Origin: Camelus dromedarius
Lineage: Eukaryota
NCBI RefSeq assembly: GCF_036321535.1
Contig: NC_087462.1
Span: 558,001 to 622,000 of the forward strand
DNA length: 64,000 nt
Direction: 5' to 3'
Below the pieces are notes generated by a model. That model did no database searches. It was not told where the DNA came from and saw only the letters and a program-made list of their open reading frames with translations. Position numbers and translations under genes: made by a program. Shown in pieces: positions 35,601 to 52,439 of the stretch (positions are counted from its first letter, which is position 1; each line of letters opens with the position of its first letter).

Positions 35601-38600
35601 CCCACTCATGCCCGTCTTCCCCCCCCAGCCTCTGAACCTGAGGCGGCTCGAGCACGAGAAGCGCAGAAAGGAGATCAAGGAGGCTTGGCACCGCGCCCAG
35701 AGGAAGCTGGTACCGCGGGGCTGTGGGGGTGGGATGGGGCAGGACGGGCTGGCCTGCGCATGCTCAGGCCCCCTAGCAGAGACTGGAGGGGATCCTTTCC
35801 AGAGTTTCGTGGATACCCGGGACCATGGCCTTCTGTGCCCATGTGGGGCTGGCTGCGGTGTCACAGGCTGGAGCGGGTCCTGACTACAAGGTGTTCCAGC
35901 CCCATCAGCCCCAGCTATGTCAGGAGTGACCCTGGCCCCTATCACTGTCCCCGTTCAGTCATGGGGAGAAACGGTGTCCCCTGAGGCCACCAGGAACAGG
36001 CCTGGGTTGGAGGGAAACTGAGGCTCTCTCAGGTCTGGTGGATACTCCAGGTTCCTGCATGTTATTCTTTTCTCACCTCTCCTTTGGGCTGTTCCAAAGG
36101 CACTGGTATCTTTTGGGTTTCTTTTTAGGTCTGTTAACAGAGTCTGTGGTGCAGTGTCCACACGGCGCCAGCTGCAGCTAGTGGCGTCCTGTGGCCTCCC
36201 CAGCACATCTGGCAAGTGTGCCTCCCCCTCTTCTGTACACTGGCTGACAGCTTGCCGAGGCCCCGGTCTGCCTCCGGCCTTTCACCCTCACCTCCACATC
36301 CAGGGACTTGCCCCGTTTCAGTCCCCATGAAGCTCCTTGTCCCTTCTCCTCTGCTACAGGTGTTCAGCTGCAGCACTGTGTGGCTTATTCCACTAAATTC
36401 CTATTCGTGAGCACTTCAGTTGTTGTTGAGCTGTTGCTGTTTCAAACACCACTGCTGTGACGTGCTTGTGCCCTTGTCTCAGACAGGTGACCTAGCATTT
36501 ATCTCTGATCAGTGTCCAAAAGGTAGTGGCTGAATCATGGGGTGAGTGTATGAGCTACCCTTCTGAGCCGCAGCCTTTCTTCTCCTTTTCCGTGAGCTCT
36601 AAGTTGCTCACCTTGGATTGGATGGTACTCTGTTTCTTATTGATTTGCCAGAGCTCTTTACATATTAGAGACCCCAGCCCTTGATGATAGGTGTTACAGA
36701 CTCCCCTACCCCCAATTTAGCGTTTTGACTTTTGATTTAACCTGTGGCCGGTTTTGCCAGTTGAAACCCACGACTGTTAGTAGTAGTCTTTTCTTTTATG
36801 GCTTCTGGGTTCTGTGTCATGCATGGAAAGGCCTTCCCCGCACTGTGTTTATTTTTAAAAATTCTTCTGTGGTTTCTTCTAGTACTTGTATGAGTTCTCT
36901 TCTTTATGCTTAAACCTCTGATGGTGTAGGCTGCAAGCTGTGGCCCCCAGAAGGCGCACTCGGTTTTGACTAAGTGCTCTTCCTGCCAACCCTGAGGGTG
37001 CCTGACTTCCTGTCTGGGTGGCCTCACTGTTCTCATCTGTAAGAAGGGAAGTGAGAGAGACAAGCACAAGTGGCTGGTAGCAGGGGTGGGTGTAGGTGTA
37101 AGAAGACGATGCCATCCATGCCTTCTTCAGAGCTTAGGTGTGTTCAGCCTCCCCAGCTGTGAAATGGGCACCCCGGATGCTGGCTCCTTCTGGGGCCTTG
37201 GAGATGCCACTTCCTATTCTTCCACCATCAGTTCTTGGGCGGGGACCTCTGTTTGCTCAACTGGCTGTAGGATCTTGGGACAAGAGATGTGGGTGGTGGA
37301 GGTCCCTAACTCGGTGTCTGGCTGATGGGGGCGCTGTCTGCTCACTCCCACGCCTGCAGCAAGAGGCGGAGTCCAACCTGCGTAAGGCCAAGCAGGGCTA
37401 CGTTCAGCGCTGCGAGGACCACGACAAGGCCCGCTTCCTGGTGGCCAAGGCAGAGGAAGAGCAGGCAGGCACCGGGCCTGGGGCAGGGGGCGTGGCCTCC
37501 AAGACTCTGGACAAGCGGCGGCGCCTGGAGGAGGAGGCCAAGAACAAGGTGCGGGCTGGTGAGGTGCAGGCTGGAGAGGGGCCGAGGAGGCCATGCCTGT
37601 GGCGGCAGGCCCTGACCCTGGTGCAGAACTGCCTGCTTCTGTCCAGGCTGCATCTCCTGCCAGGAACGCCTGCCTTCCCATCCTTCTCTGCCTGGCTGAT
37701 TTCCGTGTGGGGTCTGACGATGCCTTGAGGGCAGAACCTTGGGCTGAGGTCTCTCTGGGTATGCCCTTGTCCCCACCCCAGGCGGAGGAAGCCATGGCCA
37801 CATACCGCACATGTGTGGCGGATGCTAAGACACAGAAGCAGGAGCTGGAGGACACCAAGGTGACCGCACTCCGGCAGATCCAGGAGGTCATCCGGCAGAG
37901 CGACCAGACCATCAAGTCTGTGCGTGCGGTGCCCCCCGCGCTCGCCGCAGTGGGGTGGGCGGGGCAGCTGCGGGGCCCGCCTCCTGACTCACGCTGTCTG
38001 CACCCTGCCCTGCCCGCAGGCCACCATCTCCTACTACCAGATGATGCACATGCAGACGGCCCCGCTGCCTGTGCTCTTCCAGATGCTGTGCGAGAGCAGC
38101 AAGCTGTACGACCCGGGCCAGCAGTATGCTTCCCACGTGCGCCAGCTGCAGCGCGGCGAGGAGCCCGATGTGCACTATGACTTTGAGCCCCACGTCTCCG
38201 CCAACGCCTGGTACGCCGTCTGCACATGCTCAGGGAAGCCCTGCGATCGCGGTGGGTGCGGCGAGCCTCTTTGACCCCCATCGTGGCCCCCCCTTTTGGC
38301 TGTTGGCCCCACCAGGTCCCCGGTCATGCGCGCCCGGAAGGGCAGCTTCAATGTGGGCGATGCCACGGGGGCGGAGGCCGCAGGCAGCCCCCTGGAGGAA
38401 GGTGGGCCCAGCGATGGGACTCTTGTCAAGGAGCGCAGGGGTAAGTGTCTGGTGCGCTTGGATATGCCTCCCTGCAGCCCACCTCAGCCCTTCACTAGGG
38501 ATGCCTCCTTCCACACGCAGGTGGGCGCGGACACCAGGTGCACAAATCCTGGCCGATCTCCATCTCAGACTCCGATGCCAGTCTGGACCCCAGCCCTGGC

Positions 38601-41600
38601 TCAGGTGAGGGGCCTCCCTGGCTGGCGGGGCGTGGAAAGCTGCTGCCCCTCCCAGACTTCAGTGGGCCCACCGTGCAGCTGGAGTGATGGGGAGTGCCAG
38701 CTGAGGGCCTTCTGGGGAGTGTCCTGCCTGGAGCCTCCTGGCTCAGGGTGTCTAATGCCCTGTTTCCTCCTCAGGGGACTTTAAGAAGTTCGAGCGGATG
38801 TCGTCCAGTGGCACCATGTCGTCCAGCGAGGAACTGGCAGACCAGGAAGGCAGTGCAGGGACGTCAGCCTTTGAGCAGGGTGAGGGGGCCCCTGGGCTGG
38901 GAGAGGTGGGGGGGTATTTGGACCCCCATCTGTGGGCCTGGCCCTGACTGACCTTGGTGACACTGACCACCCGCCCCCTCCCCACCAGCTGACCTCAACG
39001 GCATGGCCCCGGAGCTGCCAGTGGCCATGCCCAGCGGGCCCTTCCGTCATGTGGGGCTGTCTAAGGCAGCCCGTACCCACCGGCTCCGGAAGCTCCGCAC
39101 ACCGGCCAAGTGCCGGGAGTGCAACAGCTATGTCTATTTCCAGGGGGCCGAGTGCGAGGAGGTGAGTGGCCGGCCCGGGGAAGGCTGGGCGCAGGGGCAG
39201 CAGCCGGGCGCCAGCACTTTGCATGCAGAGCGCTGGCGGGAAGTGAAGCTAGAAGCGGGTGGTGGCTCCTGTCAGGAGGGCACCCCAGGCACAGGCACAG
39301 GCACAGTCAGCGCAGGGGCTAGTGGCCGGGCGTCAGGGGAGTCTGCGCTGCGCTGGGGTGGGGAAGGCCTGCTCACTCCGTGCTCGGCTCTCCCCCAGTG
39401 TTGCCTGGCCTGCCACAAGAAGTGCCTGGAGACCCTGGCCATCCAGTGCGGCCACAAGAAGCTGCAAGGCCGCCTGCAGCTCTTCGGCCAGGACTTCAGC
39501 CAGGCTGCCCGCAGCGCCCCCGACAGCGTGCCCTTCATCGTCAAGAAGTGCGTCTTCGAGATTGAGCAGCGGGCACTGCGCACCAAGGTGACCACCGGGG
39601 CCACAGCGCTGGGGGTTCCGTCCTAGGGGCTGTACAGGGAGGGGAGCTGGGCGTGGGCTGAGGCTGACTGCGGGCTTCCACAGGGCATCTACCGGGTCAA
39701 TGGGGTGAAGACACGTGTGGAGAAGCTGTGCCAGGCCTTCGAAAACGGCAAGGAGCTGGTGGAACTGTCGCAGGCTTCGCCACACGACATCAGCAACGTC
39801 CTCAAACTCTACTTGCGTCAGGTGAGACAAATGGGGACAGGGCAGAGCAGATCCTGGGCGGGACCTTAGCTTGACGGGAGGCGTGGCCTGAGCGCGATGG
39901 GCGTGGCCAGTGCCTGGCCTGGGGCAGCGGTACCTCAGAGGCATAGTCAGTATAGGGTGGGTGGAACCAGCACCTGGGGGGGGGGGGGGGCTTCTAGGTC
40001 AGGGGCGTGGCCAAGGCAGGCCAGGCCCACTGACTCCCCATACCTGACCCATCGCTCCCCAGCTGCCCGAGCCGCTCATCTCCTTCCGCCTCTACCATGA
40101 GCTTGTGGGGTTGGCCAAGGACAGCCTGAAGGCAGAAGCCGAGGCCAAGGCAGTGTCCCGAGGACAACTGGATGCCACTGAGAGGGAGGCTGCAGCCGTG
40201 GCCATGGCTGGCCGGCTGCGGGAACTCCTGCGGGACCTGCCAGCAGAGAACCGGGCAACACTGCGGTACCTGATGCGGCACCTGCGCAGGTGAGGGCTGC
40301 CCAGGCAGGAGTCGAGGGTGGCAGGGTCCCAGGAGCCGCTCACACCTACTCCTATGCCTTCCACCCCCCAGGATCGTGGAGGTGGAGCAGGACAACAAGA
40401 TGACCTCGGGGAACCTGGGAATCGTGTTTGGGCCCACGCTGCTGCGGCCCCGGCCCACGGAGGCCACTGTGTCCCTCTCCTCCCTGGTCGACTACCCCCA
40501 CCAGGCCTGCATCGTGGAGACCCTCATCACCCACTACAGCCTGGTCTTCGAGGAGGAGCCTGAGGAGGCGCCCGGGGGCCAGGTGAGGGCTGTCTGCTCT
40601 AAGCGAGGGGCACAGGGCTCCATGAATGTGGCTGGGGGCCTGGAGTCTGGCTCGCGGGGTACCAGGATGGGGAGAACGTCAGGCAGACATCTGGCTAGGA
40701 TAGGGCTGTCGGGGTGGCCTCCAAGGTATCTTTTAAGCAAAGAACTGGACAAGTGTGGGTTCAACTCTGTGGGCTCAGCTCCAGATGGTGCAAAGGTCCT
40801 CCAGCCTTCCCTCTGCCCTTGCCTGAGCTCCTGTCAAGCCTGCATGGGACCAGCTGCCCCAGCCCCTCCCATTCCCCACCTCTTGGCACCAGCAGCTCGT
40901 CCCTGTGCTCTGGCTTTTGAGCACTCAGCAGGGTCCCCCGCCGCTGGGCCTCACTTCCTGCCACCAGCTCTCGTTTCTGCTAGTCCAAGTAGTGTTGGAG
41001 CAGCACCTTGCTCCTGTGCTCAGAGTCCCCGGGCGTCTTTAATCCTTCTCCTGGCATCTTGGTGTTGAGGGGAGGCTCCTGTGCCGGTGTCCATGTGGGG
41101 ATTCAGCCTTTCTGGCCTGAGCCTTCTGCCCTCTTTGCACAAGCTCAGCCTGCTCACGACATGAGAATAGGGGTCCTCATGTGTTCAGCTGCTGTGGGTG
41201 TTGTTAATTTACAAGACAGAAAATGGGACTTGGAATGGTACCGTGGTACCTCCCTGACCTCCGTCCCACCCCTGCAGGATGGGATGTCCAACCAGCGGGC
41301 CGAGGTGGTGGTCCAGGTGCCCTACCTGGAGACGAGTGGGGGCGTGGCCTTCCCCCTGGAGGAGGAGGCTGAGGACGGGGCCCTCGGTGAGTGGGGCAGC
41401 CCTAGGGGTGCTGGGCAGGTGGCGGGTGAGGCACTGGGCCTGGAAGCTGCACTCTGATTTGCTTCCCAGAGACCACGTGGGTCACCTGTTTGTTCACTGT
41501 CTTACCTTGTTACAAACTCTCGCAGAGATACCCTTTCAGGTGTTTTGCTGACGCTGAGAAATGGGCATCTAAAATGAGAATTACCCCAAAGTTTGAGACT

Positions 41601-42094
41601 TTGTGCACCCCTGCTTCCCCTGGGGTTCCGAGCGGGAAGTGGCCTGCTGAGGGGCTGCCTCAGCATCATGGGAGGTGGAGGCCCAGTCGCCCTCCTGCTC
41701 ACAGGACCACGGTCTCTCTATCTCTGCCCCGGACTTCCCAGAATCCCACATCACCTCCAACGACTCTGACTCAGAGCTGGAGGAGGCCTTGGACCCGCAG
41801 TCCCCGGCGGCCATCCTCGTGCAGCACCAGCTGAACTTCCTGGAGAAGCAGGGGAGCCAGGCCAGCGCCGAGGGTGGCCAGGGCAGCCGCAGTGGCAGTG
41901 AGGAGCAGCTGGACCCCGGGGAGGACGGAGACACACCCTGGAAGGGCCTTGGGGAGGACCCGGCCCAGCTGCTCTCTGAGTACAACACCAACCAGTGCAA
42001 CAACGCGGCTGCGGCCCGGCTGCCGGCCATGAGGCTCCGCGGCGGGCGGGTCGCAACAGGCACCGGCCCGGAGAGGCAGCCGGAGTTTGTCTAG
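29612..42094 (+). CDS. ARHGAP45: Rho GTPase-activating protein 45 / HMHA1 (F-BAR, C1, RhoGAP), 1138 aa, 23 exons
   Basis: Exons 29612-29701, 30599-30929, 33981-34124, 34324-34408, 34492-34564, 34746-34812, 34940-35077, 35183-35247, 35442-35552, 35629-35709, 37360-37548, 37782-37919, 38020-38210, 38316-38440, 38521-38604, 38775-38879, 38989-39161, 39399-39587, 39684-39821, 40063-40289, 40372-40582, 41278-41386, 41742-42094. Total 3417 nt. Starts MFSRKKRELMKTPSISKKNRAGSP; C1 domain HRLRKLRTPAKCRECNSYV; arginine finger GIYRVNG; ends RQPEFV*. Confidence 0.97.
31560..31740 (-). mobile_element. MIR fragment (ends approximate)
   Basis: cccattttacagatgaggaaactaaggcccagag. Confidence 0.65.
32569..32638 (+). 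CDS. ARHGAP45: Internal alternative first coding exon of ARHGAP45 in a CpG island (23 aa + 1 nt)
   Basis: Kozak GCCATGT, MCICGTVHLALHQGPVCCQTGPR, donor CGAG|GTGAGC. Phase 1 matches the exon at 33981. It is preceded by GC boxes at 32240-32450. It reads on the + strand although the supplied ORF track labels it minus. Confidence 0.65.
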
Positions 42095-42554
42095 CTGGGG
42101 TGCTGGGCCCGTCCCGCTCCTGTCCCGCACATAGCCCTGGGCTCAGCCAAGCCATCGCCTCACCAGAGGCCTCTTCTTCTGGCCCACAGTGGTGAGGGCA
42201 ACACTGGATAGCTTTCCCAGAAGCTTCTGCCCTGCAGCCCTCTGCACGCCCAGCAGGCCTGGCTCCCCAAGGGAGAGGATTTGCTTTCAGGAGTTGCCCA
42301 GGGGCTGTGGTAGAGGGACCCCCTGAGCAGCCTCTGCCTGCCCTGGGCTGTGGAGGCCCGCAGTAGCCGGGAGGAGGACTGGAAACTTCTGCAGACAGCA
42401 GGCCTCAGTGGGCCCCGGACGTCCTGGCTTTTATGGAAAACCACGTAGACACCTGGAGTTCAGGAACATGTTGAGATGACACACAGAAAACCGGGTTGGA
42501 CACCTGGGCTTTGGGAACACGATGTGCTTTGACGTCAACGTTTACTTTGCTTAC

Positions 42555-42560
42555 AATAAA
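42555..42560 (+). terminator. ARHGAP45: ARHGAP45 polyadenylation signal
   Basis: AATAAA about 460 nt after the stop. Confidence 0.8.
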
Positions 42561-43220
42561 GTCTTTAACCTGATTCCGTCTCCTCTGGCGGCAGCACCCT
42601 AGGGACCAGGACACAGAGGGCCCTTAGCACCCCTGGCGTTCCCCGCTGGGGTTGAGGTGAAGGGAAATCCCCGCCCCGCGAGGTGCGTGAGCCCAGGCGG
42701 CCACGCGGCCCCAGCCGCGATTGTGGCCAGTGCATGCGAGGAGCTGCAGCTGAAATCCCTTTGGACGGAAGAGCCTGGGGAAGGCCGCAGCCACCGTCCG
42801 GGCCAGCACAGCGAGGACCCTCCCAGTGCCTGCTCCCGACCCCTCACCCAGCTGAGAGACCCCACAGTCCGCTCAGAACTATCCACCTGGTATAGAATGA
42901 AGACGAATTTCACACCCGGTCATGGTACGAGCAGCTGGGGAGAGCAGGGGCATCCGTTCCTGGCACAGAACAGCCCCAGACGGCAGCCCCTAGCAGGCCT
43001 AGGTAAGGCTGGGCCGCGGCGGTCAGAGGCTCTGCCTCCGCAGACGCCTCCCAGAGCCAGCGAACTACAACCCAGTGCGTTCCGCAAACGGGGCCGGGGC
43101 CGGGGCCACGTGTGAAACGCTGGCAGCAGAGCTGAGCACTGCAGCAGGGGGAAACGGGCAAAACCCCAGAATATCTCACCGTCAGATCCTTCACAGAAAG
43201 CTTCCTGACCCCTGACCTAC

Positions 43221-43338
43221 ATTTTTTTTAGAGGAGGACGTAATTAGGTTTTTATGTTAACAGAGGTACTTGGGGGTGAACCCAGGACCCTGTGTGTGCT
43301 AGGAACATGCTCCACCATTTAGCTGTATCCTCGCTCCC
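43221..43338 (-). mobile_element. tRNA-derived SINE, camelid (vic-1-like) type, with TSD
   Basis: Reverse strand has A and B boxes and AACCTAATTAC plus A tail. ACATTTTT flanks at 43219-43226 and 43343-43350. Confidence 0.8.
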
Positions 43339-43889
43339 ATCAACATTTTTAAAACAGGATTGTGGAGACAGAACCACCGCCAGCGTCGTGCTCGGCTGGA
43401 CAGCAGCTTCACACTTCTCAGCGTCAGCCCAAAGGCTGAAAGCATGGGAGCCACTTCGAAGGAGCCTGACGGACGGCTAACGCCTCACGTGAGATGCCTG
43501 GTAGTGCGGCAATCCACAGGCCTTCACAGGCTGCTCTGGCTCCAGGCATGGCCTGACCCAGGCTCACAGCGCATCCCAGGGGCCAGGGGGCTGCTTGAAA
43601 GCCAGGCCCCCTCCTCACCTCACCCCCGACCCCCAAGAGGGAGCACTGCTGAGGCAGGTGTCAAAACCAATCTCAGGGACTTGGAACAGGCCATGCTTGG
43701 TGGCACAAGCAGGCAGAACTGGTCCCCTGTAAGAAGGAACTGGTACCACTGGAAGAAGGGGGCTGGGGGGTAATCTCTACTACACCCTCTAAAGCCAGAG
43801 ACTTGACCGACAGCATCCAAGGCCAAGCATCCAGGGACAGGTTTGTCCCCAACCTGGGGACCAAGCAAACCCAACCAAAAGCAAGAGGA

Positions 43890-44260
43890 ATTTTCAAGGA
43901 GTTGATGAGTGTAGAACTCATTTCTACACTCATTTCTACACAAGAATAGCCAAGGTGCTTTTTTTTAATTGCAAGTTACACATATTTACTGTTTTTGCCA
44001 TTTTTAAGTGCACAGTTCCCAGACACTAAGCACACAGTCACTCACAGTCATGCAAGCATCCCCACCCTGTGTCTCCAGAACTTTCTCACCTCCCCAAACT
44101 GAAACTGTCTCCATTAAACAGACTCCCCTTCCCCTCCCCCAGCCCCACCCCCCATCTATTTCCTGTCTCTCTGGATGTGACTCCTCCAGGTCCTCCTGTG
44201 AGTGGGATCAGACAGTAGTTGTCCTTTGGTCTGGCTCATTTTGGCCAAGACAGTTTTGGG
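43890..44260 (-). mobile_element. Old L1 3' fragment, reverse orientation (ends approximate)
   Basis: tttttaagtgcacagttc, atccccaccctgtgtctccagaactttctcacctccccaaactgaaactgt, the typical antisense L1M 3' end. Confidence 0.65.
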
Positions 44261-44599
44261 AGAAGGAGGGACCTGTTCCACCATCAAATGCTATATAAAA
44301 CCATGACTTCTAAAATCTTCATTTACCAATAGAGAAGAGGCGGACCTCAAAACAGACCCTGTGCACCTGCGCATTTACTGTGAGAGCGGTGATTCACGGC
44401 AGTGAGGAAAGAACCTCTGGCTACTCGATAAATGGTGTCAAGACCACTTTCTGGGGTGAGGTTACAGCCCTGGGTCGTATGACACCCAGGCGCCAGGAAG
44501 GTGAGTCTGAACCACGGGGACATCACCCAGCCCCCAAGGAAAGAACAAACCAGTGCTGGTGAGGACGCAGAGACACCGAGTCCTTGTACAGGGCTGGTG

Positions 44600-45160
44600 G
44601 GAACAGGAAATGGGGCAGCTGCTGTGGGAAACAGTCTCTTGAAAGGGTAACCAGAGCTTCCATATGACCCAGCAATTCTATTCCGAGGTACACACCCAGA
44701 AAAACAAACCAACCCACGTCCACACTAACTTTCACCTGGAAGTTCACAGCAACATTACTCACAATCCCCGAGAAACGGAAACAACTCCAGCGTCCATCAA
44801 CCGGAGAACAGACAAACACACGTCCCTCCACTCACGGGAGCATCGCTCAGCCGTGACCAGGAGAGCAGCCCTGACACCCGCTCCCACGGGGACGGACCCC
44901 GAGAGCATGACGCTCAGGGAGAGAAGCAGACACAGAAGGACACAGTGTGTGAGTCCGCGGATGTGAGGCGTCCAGAACAGGCCAGTCCCCAGACACAGGG
45001 AGGGGGTTCCTGGCTGTCAGGGGCCAGGACTTCTTTTTAGGGTGAAGAATGTGGTCCAAAGTTGATTGTGGTGATGGGTGCACGACAGTGGGTGCATGGA
45101 ACTTTGCCCTTCTGACAGGTGAATTGTATGGTATGTGAATTCTACCTCAATAAAGCCATC
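44600..45160 (+). mobile_element. Old LINE-1 3' fragment (L1M/L1MB-like; ends approximate)
   Basis: catatgacccagcaattctattccgagg...ttgattgtggtgatgggtgcac...gaattgtatggtatgtgaattctacctcaataaagc. Confidence 0.75.
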
Positions 45161-45509
45161 AAATGGAGAATAGAAACAACTGTGCTTAGGCTTGGCAGGA
45201 AGGCCTCTCAGCTTGGCGACAGGGCAAAAGCGGACAGTCTGCTCCCAAGCTCGCACGCGGGAGAAGCACCGAACAGCGGAGCTGGAAGTGGCACGGGACC
45301 CCTCCCGGAACCTCACTCCCGCAGCTCCGAGCAGGACACGGGGAGGGGGTGGGGGCCCTGAGGTGGGGGAGCAGGCACTGGGGATGGAGGGGAGGCTGAG
45401 ACTGCGTGGAGGGGCTGGGAGCGGGAGCAGGAGCAGGAGCAAGGCTGCCCCTGCACCGTGAGGCTACCCTTTCTCAGTCTCTCAGACGAGCAAACTTACT
45501 CAAAATAGC

Positions 45510-45515
45510 TTTAAT
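45510..45515 (-). terminator. POLR2E: POLR2E proximal polyadenylation signal (ATTAAA)
   Basis: Plus-strand TTTAAT equals ATTAAA on minus, about 520 nt after the stop, in the only AT-rich patch nearby. Confidence 0.6.
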
Positions 45516-46035
45516 TTTTAAAAATGCCCAGCATATAACAGCAATCAAAATCCAGACCAGTTTTCATCTCCCTCCCTGCTGCCCTCAGAGCACCCACAGA
45601 CGGGCAGCATCAGGACCGCTGATGGGGAAAAGGACCGGGAAGGCCAGGAGGAAAGGGGCCGACCAGAGACGCACACCCAGGCCCTCAAGGGGGAATCCTG
45701 TCCCCTCCTGAGGCACTATTAGGTGGGATGCACAGTGGGGCTCAGCATCCAGGCGACCAGGAGAGGCAAACCCGAGGCAGGCAGCCTTGGTGCCTGGAGG
45801 AGCAGACTCCCCCAGGGCAGCCAGCCACTAGGCTCACAACTTTCCGTCCCCCAGGGACAGGCCAGGGGAGAAGGGGCAGTCACGCGCCCCACCTGTCACG
45901 TGAGCTGGGCACACCCAGGCTGGATGCGGGGCTGCCTCCGGGGCGGGTAACAGGTGGGGCTCACTCACGGGACTGAGACAAACCCCGCAGCCCTCTCTGC
46001 CCAGCCGCACTGTGCACTTCTGGGCTGTCAGGCGG

Positions 46036-50770
<4,735 letters not shown>

Positions 50771-50801
50771 GGCCGCCACCGCCGCTGCCGCCCGCACTCA
50801 C

Positions 50802-51062
50802 TGCGCCTGCGCCCGCCAAGACCCGCGCCCACTGCGCCTGCGCCGAGTCTCGGTGAGGCCCCTCCCCCCCCAACCCGCCCCGTGTAGGGCTGTCGCCAGC
50901 GAACGCCTGAATGCAGCGACCTTCAGGAGCGGTAGCGCCAAGGGCAGCCCTAGCCTTACTAAGGCGGCGGTTGGCTGCGCGAGAAACGTGCCAACAGCAC
51001 CGCCCTCCGGCCCCGGAAGTTTTCGCGTGGCTTTGACTGCAAGGCCTCTCGGGAGTTGTAGT
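50802..51062 (-). promoter_or_regulatory. POLR2E: POLR2E CpG-island promoter with NRF1, ETS/GABP and ZNF143-type motifs
   Basis: TGCGCCTGCGC at 50802-50812 and 50833-50843, CCGGAAGT 51013-51020, GGGAGTTGTAGT (ACTACAACTCCC) 51051-51062. Confidence 0.75.
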
Positions 51063-51559
51063 TCCCACCCAACGCCCGCCTCGGGGCGGCAGTTTAGAAT
51101 CAAAGCAGCAAAGTCGAGGTGTGGGCGGGGAAACTGAGGTCGCGATGGGGTCTGGGGTCTGCTCGGCTCCCAGGGACTCTTGGGCAGCCACTCCATAAGT
51201 ATTTGTGCGTCCAACTGTAGGGGGTTCTCTCAGCTGGCTCTGGGCCGCGTCCAACTATGCACTTCGGCCTCAGTTTTCTGTCTGTACAATGGAAATAAAA
51301 AAGTGACCTCATATTAGAGGGTTAGCTGAGAATCTAAAGGGATGGTCGTACTTCAGATGAGCTTGGCATAGCACCTGGTTATGAAATGCTCCCATCTCTG
51401 TCTTCCCCCTTTTCTGTCCCCTGAGCCCCAATCCAGCCCCTACCCACATATTCCACAGCCCCCCAAGACCGTGCATTTTTTACAACCTCCCCATCTGCCC
51501 TTTCCCCGCCGAGTCCATATAGGAGGTTTGTCCAGCCCAGCCCAGCCCCCCAGTAACTT

Positions 51560-52050
51560 CTCATTCAGTAATACATTCATTCACTGACTCAGTATTTAAG
51601 AAGCAACAACAGGGACAGTGAACCAAAGAGATCTGAGAGAGACGGGCTGTGAACAGTGCACATGATAAGTAAATGATGAAGTGTTTTAGAAGGTGACAAT
51701 GCTGTGGAAGGAGAAATAGAGGAAGCTGAGGGAGGTGCATCAGGCAGAGGGTGCAATCTGTTCAAAGGCCCTGAGGCTGGACCTTGGTGTGTTGGCAGCA
51801 AGGAGGCCTGTGATGGGGAGAGGTAGGAGAGGAAGTTAGGGGGTCAGGTGGGACAGATCCTGGGAGGCCTTGTGGATTGGGTAGGGGTTTGGCCAAGGGC
51901 ATGTGGTGTGTGACCATGAACAGGGCAGATTCAAGGAGCAGGCCTGGCTGTGTGTGTTGGCTGGGTGTTTGCTGGAGGAAAGGAATTGGAGATGTGAATG
52001 CAGTGGGAGGTGGGCTGAAGGTGGAGAGGAAGCAGGTCAGGAGTGAATTT
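51560..52050 (-). mobile_element. L2 fragment (ends approximate)
   Basis: ttcattcactgactcagtattt terminus; aggaggcctgtg...cagatcctgggaggccttgtgg...gcagatt L2-like phrases. Confidence 0.55.
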
Positions 52051-52439
52051 TAAGTGAATTTTAAGAAAGGGTGTCTGTCTGGGTTGCTGGAGTGATGGAC
52101 AGATCTGGGCAGGGGGCAGGGGCAGAACTGCTGGAGCCCAAGTCGGGGGCCTGGACGGTAACTGAGGTGACTCCAGGTGCAGACGGGCGCAGGGGGATGT
52201 GAGGTCATCTTGCTGTTCCTTGGGGCATGGAAGAGAGGAGAAAGGGCTCACAAGAGTTGGGGGGACTCGGGATCCCAAGAGGCTGGCAGGGCTCAACCCC
52301 AACACCCAAGACTCAGAGTCCTGCCTGTGATGGCAAGGCCTCAGCAACAGGACATGGAGTGGCAACCTTCTCCACGAACCCCCTGACCACTTAGTGCCTA
52401 GAAATCAGGTCACCACCCACAGGCTCCTGGGTGCAGATG

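Noticed and set aside
39976-39990. G15 homopolymer in an ARHGAP45 intron
   Set aside because: Simple run with possibly unreliable length; no further structure.
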